From assembly GCA_041736305.1 (NCBI GenBank), contig JBGSTX010000004.1, positions 1 to 11,603 on the forward strand: a stretch of 11,603 nucleotides of DNA, read 5' to 3'. This DNA is from Oligoflexus sp. (GTDB lineage: Bacteria > Bdellovibrionota_B > Oligoflexia > Oligoflexales > Oligoflexaceae). A program made the position numbers and the translations under genes. A model generated the notes under the pieces. That model was not told the origin of the DNA. It worked only from the letters and a program-made list of their open reading frames with translations, and did no database searches. This document shows, piece after piece, positions 6,450 through 11,603 of the stretch (positions within the stretch are counted from its first letter, which is position 1; the number at the start of each line of letters is the position of its first letter).

Positions 6450-8747
6450 TCACCAGCTGTAGGAACTGCTCAAAAAGGCTTCATACTTGCGCTGCGTTTT
6501 CTGATAGAGAGTTGAAGCCTCATCCCGAAGGCTGAGCTTAAGCCCATGCAGCCAGCGCATATTCGAACGAACTGTGACGGAAGCGCCTAGTTCGCCTCCC
6601 GTCTGCATTGACCCGAGGTCGAACTGGTGGAGTTTTACAGCTAGGAGCAGCTGGGCGCTCAAAATCGGTGACGACTGCCAAGAGGGTTCAAGAGTAAGAG
6701 CGAAGATATTTTTATCCCATGTCCTATGCTCAAGGCCTCGATAGTCTAACTGTTCCCAGCCCAAGCTATAGCGAAACCGCCAGGAACCGCTCGGCTGAGG
6801 AACCCACGAAAATTCCGCCTGGGTCTTCTTCAGGCTTTGATCGCCTTCTACTCCCCGCTCTCCCGTCTCTACATCGAAGAGTACCGAGCCTTCAGGATCG
6901 CGATCGAGCCCCAGCATCTGGTCAAGTTCGAGTTCATATGTTCCCGAACTCAAGACCAATCGGCTCGCAGCCTTCATCCCGAAGAGATCCAGAGCCGCAT
7001 CAGAGCCCCGCTGCCGCAGACCCAGGAAAGGTTCGATCCGCACCTGATCCATGATCAGCTGGTCGAGGCTAAGCGGTAGAGATAAGCGAAAGTCGAGCAG
7101 TCCGAGGCCGCTCAGCCTTGCATGGCCATAGAAAACGCTCTGGGTACTGAGTCGCAACGCAAATCGGTGGACACTGCTACGGTCCAAAACTCTTTCCAAA
7201 CTGCCGTTCAGAAGGCCTAGGAACGAATCGCGTCGACCGTAGACGGAGAGCGTATCTTCATCCGCAGGACTGGAAAGGACGTTAGTATCATAGCCAAAGC
7301 TCAGATCGATCTCGAGGAACCAGCGTTTGAGTTCGAGCAGTTGTTCGAGCCACTCACTTTCCGACTTGGCTCGTAGCGAGGTCGAAGTATCGTTGATAGG
7401 TAGCATCCAGGTGTCAAGAGCTTGCCGCGTTCGATCGAGCTGCTGCCAGCTGAGCGCTAAAGAGTAACGCTCATAGGACTTTAGAGACTCGATGAGATGT
7501 TTCGTGTGCGGGTAGATCAGCTTACTGGGTTCGACCGCCTTGCTTCTGAGAGTAGCCAACCTCTTCTCTTCTGCAAGCAAAGGTAGCCAAGCATCTGCTT
7601 CAGGCAGCCGCGTACTGAGTTCGTTGGCGGGGTCTACTTGCTGGAGTCGGTAGAGAAGCAGCGACTCAATCGCGTTGAGTCGAGGTCCCATCCGCCTTTG
7701 CTCGGGAATGGAGAGGCGTCGAAAGAGATAGAGGCTTTCTTCGTAGTGGCCTTCGCTGAGCAGCTTTAGAATACTCTCTTCAGAGGGAACTAAGCTGCCG
7801 ATCCGCTCCTCGACGATAGTTCTGCGAAGTTTTTCAAGACTGCCCTCTGTGATTTCGCTATCAGGATCCTTATACAAGGTCTCGGGAGAACTCAGGAGTA
7901 GATTCTCACCCCAAAGCGAAGGATCAGGCAGGCCGATCGTCAGCTGAAAGGCGGAGCCCTGCTTGACAAGGTGCAGGACCTGGCCCGGATAGAGCTCGAT
8001 GCGCGTTCTGCCTTTGCCATCTTTGAGCGTACTCAGCTGCTCGTCCTGGAGGCTGCGGACTAGACTCGCTGGACGTCCAGGGAGCAGGCGAGCGGTAGGC
8101 ATAATGAGCTTTGATGCGCCACGCAACTGATAGAGAGCCAAGCTTCCGGCGTCTTGTAGCAAGATGAGGTCGGCATCGGCAGTTGGTTTGATCTTGATCT
8201 GCTCCCAGAGCTCGTCTGCAGAATTTTTCCAGCGCAGCAGAGGCGCTTCACCGAGGCAGCTCAAACGAAGTCTGGCTTCGCCATCGAGAAGAGTCCAACG
8301 CCAGCCCTTCTCGGTTTCGGCACTGTGCAGAGCCGTTTTGGCTTCAAGCAATCCGTAGAAACGCTTGGGGGCACCGAGCACGATCAGTCCGCGAGCCCCT
8401 GTGTAGATACGGGCTCGCTTCGGAAGGGGGAGAGCGTTGAGGTTCAAAACTCTTGCCTTCCGCCGCCCTTGATGCAAGAAGCCAGCATCATTGGTCGACC
8501 AGATCGTCAGCGGTGAGGCCGAATCTTCGGCCTCTTCCAGCTGCGGGGCTCCTGAGTCATCGAGCAAGGGCTCAGCTTCGATCTCTGAAGGTTTACGCGG
8601 AATGAGGAAGCCTTCGGCATCGCCTGGGCTATAGAGCTCGAGCAAAGGTTCAGGCAGAAGCTGAGCCGGAGGGCTCTCTGCCAAAATCTCTGTTCCGCTG
8701 ATAGCCAGAACTATACTGAGCAAAACTTGCCTGCTGCCCAAAATCAT
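6450..8747 (-). CDS. Exported protein: putative FecR-like domain, helical/TPR-like region and C-terminal outer-membrane beta-barrel
   Basis: 765-aa ORF with an N-terminal hydrophobic signal-like segment. A FecR-like pattern (RIYTG..G.IVL / L.DGEA / LYQLRG / LYPGQ) spans about aa 105-260 and an amphipathic helical region about aa 300-470. From about aa 476 there are alternating beta-strands starting SFGYDTNV and ending SSYSW (terminal aromatic). The CDS is solid, the domain calls are by eye, and the exact start is uncertain. Confidence 0.7.
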   Translation of the reverse strand: MILGSRQVLLSIVLAISGTEILAESPPAQLLPEPLLELYSPGDAEGFLIPRKPSEIEAEPLLDDSGAPQLEEAEDSASPLTIWSTNDAGFLHQGRRKARVLNLNALPLPKRARIYTGARGLIVLGAPKRFYGLLEAKTALHSAETEKGWRWTLLDGEARLRLSCLGEAPLLRWKNSADELWEQIKIKPTADADLILLQDAGSLALYQLRGASKLIMPTARLLPGRPASLVRSLQDEQLSTLKDGKGRTRIELYPGQVLHLVKQGSAFQLTIGLPDPSLWGENLLLSSPETLYKDPDSEITEGSLEKLRRTIVEERIGSLVPSEESILKLLSEGHYEESLYLFRRLSIPEQRRMGPRLNAIESLLLYRLQQVDPANELSTRLPEADAWLPLLAEEKRLATLRSKAVEPSKLIYPHTKHLIESLKSYERYSLALSWQQLDRTRQALDTWMLPINDTSTSLRAKSESEWLEQLLELKRWFLEIDLSFGYDTNVLSSPADEDTLSVYGRRDSFLGLLNGSLERVLDRSSVHRFALRLSTQSVFYGHARLSGLGLLDFRLSLPLSLDQLIMDQVRIEPFLGLRQRGSDAALDLFGMKAASRLVLSSGTYELELDQMLGLDRDPEGSVLFDVETGERGVEGDQSLKKTQAEFSWVPQPSGSWRFRYSLGWEQLDYRGLEHRTWDKNIFALTLEPSWQSSPILSAQLLLAVKLHQFDLGSMQTGGELGASVTVRSNMRWLHGLKLSLRDEASTLYQKTQRKYEAFLSSSYSW

Positions 8748-8826
8748 CCCTCGCCGAAATCAAAATTCTTGCTAGTCGCTTCATCGGCAAACCTGGGAGA
8801 AACACAGACGGCAAACTGTGCCTGGC

Positions 8827-8863
8827 AAAAAAAAGCCCCCTCGTACCGCTGGTACGAAGGGGC
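8827..8863 (-). terminator. Intrinsic terminator of degP/htrA
   Basis: The minus strand reads GCCCCTTCGTACC-AGC-GGTACGAGGGGGC-TTTTTTTT: a 13-bp GC-rich stem with one G:U pair, then U8, starting 19 nt after the stop. Confidence 0.92.
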
Positions 8864-8881
8864 AGAGACATAGGAAAGCGA

Positions 8882-10375
8882 CTACTTACGGATGGATGCG
8901 AAGAGGAAGGCTCCCTGACGCTCAAGCTGGATCAGGATTTTGTTCGAACTTTTGAAAGCTTCGTTGAAGTCTTTTACCGATTTGAGTTCGGTTTGATTGG
9001 CTTTTAAGAGTACATCGCCCGGGCGAATCCCAGAGGCGCGTGCCTTGGATGAATCTTCAACATCTAGTACCAGCAGACCGCGATTGCTTTCGATGCGGAA
9101 CTGCTGGATATATTCAGCATGCTTTTGTGGGTTGAGAGCTTCGAGACGCAGACCCTGGGTGAAATTCGCCTGACCATTGTCGGGGCCTCCATCATCTTCA
9201 CCCTGGCCTCGGCCCGTTGCGGCCAAGAGAGACTTATCGAATTCACCGAGCGTGACTGTCGTATCCCTCTGCTTGCCACCGCGGTAGAAGGCAACCTTGA
9301 CCTTACTACCAGGTGCCATCAGACCTACTGTGTTGGTCAGATCAGAGTTGGTGCGCACGGGTTTACCGTTTACATCGATAATCACATCACCCGATTCGAT
9401 TCCCGCCTTCGCAGCTGGAGATCCTGCCGGAACTTTTGAGATCACAGCCCCTTGCGTGCCTTTGGGCAGATTGAAGGCGGTCGAGAGTTCTTCGTCGAGG
9501 TCCTGAGCCAGCTGAACTCCCAAGTAGCCTCGCGCTACCTTACCTTTGTTGATCAGCTGATCAGCGATGACTCTGACGAGATTGGAAGGTACCGCAAAGC
9601 CAATTCCCGCTGACGAACCCGAGCGCGAAAAGATCGCGGTATTCATCCCGATGACGAGACCTTCCATGTTGATGAGAGGTCCCCCGCTGTTGCCTGGATT
9701 GATCGCAGCATCGGTCTGTATGAAGTTACCGAGACTGGTAATGTTGAGGTTACCGCGACTAACAGCAGAAATTGCTCCGAAAGACTGGCTGAATTCGAGA
9801 CCGAAGGGAGCGCCTAGAGCGATGACGAACTCGCCGGTCTTGATGTTGTCTGAGTTACCTAATGAGAGCTCGACCAGACCATTGCGATTGTAATTGGGGT
9901 CTTTGATTTGCACGATTGCAACATCAGTGTTCTGATCCCGACCTAGAACCTTAGCTTCGTAGGTAGATCCATTGCCCAGCTTCACCGAAATCTCATCAGC
10001 GTCTTCGACGACGTGATTGTTAGAAATGATGTAGCCCTTGGCGAGGTCGACAATGAAGCCTGAGCCGACCCCAGCTTGCTGCTTCTGCTCAGGAGCGTTA
10101 GGTCCCTGCTGACGGAAGCGCGGTCCGAAGAAGAAATCAAAAGGGTCGAGTTCCTGGTAGGGCCGGCCTTTGATGATTTTGGAGACCGAAATAAGTGCGA
10201 CACCTTTACCGGTTTGCTCGGAGAGTTCGGACACTCCCGCAGAAATCTGTCGTAGAACCCGCACATTTTCAGAGACTTTAATGTTGGGGTCAGGTTGGGG
10301 AAGAGTATAGGAAAACCCCGGGGGGGCTAGCAAAAGAAACGATGTGATAAGGGCCGCTATTTTCCTGAGTACCAT
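8882..10375 (-). CDS. htrA: Periplasmic HtrA-family (Do/DegP/DegQ) serine endoprotease with two PDZ domains
   Basis: GSGFIV, NNHVV (His), TDVA (Asp), FIQTDAAINPGNSGGPL (Ser) and IGFAVP motifs. PDZ1 begins RGYLGV and contains GSPAAKAGIESGDVI, and PDZ2 contains GIRPGDVL. Start reassigned to ATG 10375 (MVLRKIAALITSFLLLAPPGFS signal peptide, GAGGTG upstream), giving 497 aa. Confidence 0.95.
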   Translation of the reverse strand: MVLRKIAALITSFLLLAPPGFSYTLPQPDPNIKVSENVRVLRQISAGVSELSEQTGKGVALISVSKIIKGRPYQELDPFDFFFGPRFRQQGPNAPEQKQQAGVGSGFIVDLAKGYIISNNHVVEDADEISVKLGNGSTYEAKVLGRDQNTDVAIVQIKDPNYNRNGLVELSLGNSDNIKTGEFVIALGAPFGLEFSQSFGAISAVSRGNLNITSLGNFIQTDAAINPGNSGGPLINMEGLVIGMNTAIFSRSGSSAGIGFAVPSNLVRVIADQLINKGKVARGYLGVQLAQDLDEELSTAFNLPKGTQGAVISKVPAGSPAAKAGIESGDVIIDVNGKPVRTNSDLTNTVGLMAPGSKVKVAFYRGGKQRDTTVTLGEFDKSLLAATGRGQGEDDGGPDNGQANFTQGLRLEALNPQKHAEYIQQFRIESNRGLLVLDVEDSSKARASGIRPGDVLLKANQTELKSVKDFNEAFKSSNKILIQLERQGAFLFASIRK

Positions 10376-10566
10376 ACGACTTCTACACCTCAATGCGGGT
10401 TGGTCCATTGTCTGTCCATCTGTATCATGCAACTTTGATGATTAAATGAAAATAAGAGCTTCTGCCGATATGGATATTTCATCGGGAAGGCGCTTCAAAT
10501 ATTTGCATTTTATGTACTTTCGGCCACTTCACGAAGAATTCTGCACGGGAGAACCGAAGCTGTCGC

Positions 10567-10595
10567 TTGTCAGCTAGGCTTCGCGGCAGTATCGT
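10567..10595 (+). promoter_or_regulatory. Candidate sigma70 promoter for ribD
   Basis: TTGTCA (10567-10572), a 17-nt spacer, then TATCGT (10590-10595), about 35 nt upstream of ATG 10630. Confidence 0.55.
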
Positions 10596-10629
10596 GCATT
10601 TTTTCCAACGCATTGCGTAAAGGTTCCCT

Positions 10630-11603
10630 ATGCCCCCTGATCAGCTCCAAGTCCTGAGACCCAGCTTCGGCTTGGGAGGATGGATTCCGCGCGCCCTAGC
10701 GAGTGAGTCTCGACCTTTGCGCGGCGATTTCGATCGAGACGACGAGTTTTACATGGCAGCGGCCCTACTGGCCGCCATGGATGGCAACGGCCGATCTAAT
10801 CCCAATCCTTCGGTCGGTGCTGTTTTCGTCAAGGATGGCCAGGTTCTTGCTCAGGGTGCAACTCTCAAGTATGGAGACCTCCACGCTGAACGCTCTGCGC
10901 TCAAGCAGCTGCCTCCGCATGCCGCGCGCGGTGCCACTGCTTACGTGACACTTGAACCCTGCGCCCATCATGGCAAGCAGCCGCCCTGCACCGATGCTCT
11001 AATTCAGGCCGGCGTGGCTCGCTGCGTCATCGGTACTGCAGATCCTCACCCAGGGGTGGCCGGGAAGGGGGCAGCTCAGTTGAGGGCGGTCGGCATTGAA
11101 GTCGTTTACTCTGATCTTGGTCGCGAGTGTCGCGCCTGGCACTTTCCTTTCCTCGCAGCGCTCGAGCTCACGCGTCCTGTTCTGATTGGCAAGTGGGCGC
11201 AGACTTTGGATGGGCACTTAGCTGATGACGATGGAAGTTCGCAATGGATAACAGGTCCGCGTTCGCGCGCTTATGGGCATTGGTTGCGACAAAAATATGA
11301 TCTGCTTCTCGTGGGAGTCGGCACCGCCTTGGTCGATGCTCCAAGTCTCACCGTGCGCGCTGCGGCCCTGCCTCGGCATCGGCATCCAGATAAGGGCATC
11401 TTTGATCCACAGGGACGTTTCTTCAGTGCAGATCAGGGGGTTCGCGAAGCACTATCCAGTGAACTGCAAGCCGGCGGCCCGCATCTTTATCTTATGGTGC
11501 AAAAGCTAGCGGTCAATAATCCGCCCCCATGGTGGAAAGACTGGGAGAAGGCGGGTCTTGCGAGCCTCGTCGTCCTCCCTCATGAGCCTAACTGGGACGA
11601 GCA
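10630..11603 (+). CDS. ribD: Bifunctional riboflavin biosynthesis deaminase/reductase (3'-truncated by window)
   Basis: Not in the ORF track because it has no stop in the window. Manual translation from ATG 10630 gives MPPDQLQ...DEFYMAAAL...NPNPSVGAVFVKDG...HAE...YVTLEPCAHHGKQPPCTDALI (Zn deaminase) ...KWAQTLDG...SQWITG...LVGVGT..VDAPSLTVR (reductase). There is an in-frame TAA at 10618-10620 and AAGG upstream of the ATG. Confidence 0.95.
   Translation, partial: MPPDQLQVLRPSFGLGGWIPRALASESRPLRGDFDRDDEFYMAAALLAAMDGNGRSNPNPSVGAVFVKDGQVLAQGATLKYGDLHAERSALKQLPPHAARGATAYVTLEPCAHHGKQPPCTDALIQAGVARCVIGTADPHPGVAGKGAAQLRAVGIEVVYSDLGRECRAWHFPFLAALELTRPVLIGKWAQTLDGHLADDDGSSQWITGPRSRAYGHWLRQKYDLLLVGVGTALVDAPSLTVRAAALPRHRHPDKGIFDPQGRFFSADQGVREALSSELQAGGPHLYLMVQKLAVNNPPPWWKDWEKAGLASLVVLPHEPNWDE

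Noticed and set aside
8780..8835. Resemblance to a c-di-GMP-I (GEMM) riboswitch (GGCAAAC...GAAA...GACGGCAAA)
   Set aside because: The GAAA is not closed by a proper stem, the downstream P3/receptor elements are absent, and the orientation is antisense to the adjacent genes. An Rfam scan would settle it.
8650..8925. 91-aa minus-strand ORF bridging htrA and the barrel gene
   Set aside because: It runs through a strong intrinsic terminator, overlaps both neighbours and has no protein-like features.
10376..10432. ORF-track N-terminal extension of htrA
   Set aside because: The signal peptide begins at ATG 10375, which has a GAGGTG SD-like motif upstream.
10376..10629. FMN riboswitch upstream of ribD, or a sigma32/sigmaE promoter for htrA
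   Set aside because: No RFN consensus is visible. A minus-strand TTGAA...CCATAT pair has a spacer too long for sigma32, and no GAACTT...TCTGA pair was seen.
555..11166. Frequent CTCGAG palindrome (at least 14 counted by eye) as a HIP1-like iterated motif
   Set aside because: 11 of the 14 are in-frame Leu-Glu (CTC GAG) codon pairs, so codon usage explains most of the excess.
10703..11509. Four short ORF-track entries at the right end
   Set aside because: All lie within ribD in other frames or on the opposite strand.
1..11603. CRISPR arrays, tRNA/rRNA genes, IS elements, integrases or defence genes
   Set aside because: No regularly spaced repeats, cloverleaf motifs, terminal inverted repeats, or nuclease/recombinase motifs were seen. 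Intergenic spaces are at most about 250 nt.

Overview
A bacterial chromosomal window made up mostly of housekeeping genes. Left to right: a tightly overlapped tryptophan operon (partial trpG, then trpD-trpC-trpF-trpB-trpA, +); an uncharacterised lipoprotein (+) behind an AT-rich spacer with an IHF consensus site and a sigma54-type -24/-12 motif; a CsbD/YjbJ small stress protein (+) with a second sigma54-like motif and an intrinsic terminator; a 765-aa exported protein (-) that appears to combine FecR-like, helical/TPR-like and outer-membrane beta-barrel regions; a DegP/DegQ (HtrA) protease (-) with a strong terminator; and a divergent ribD (+) that runs off the right edge and is missing from the supplied ORF track. 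I saw no RNA genes, CRISPR arrays or mobile elements. The best candidate for something undescribed is the envelope module at 4.8-10.4 kb (FecR-TPR-barrel protein, lipoprotein, sigma54/IHF elements). Its domain calls come from motif reading by eye and are not database-confirmed. A Bdellovibrionota/Oligoflexia-like or deltaproteobacterial host is an unverified impression.
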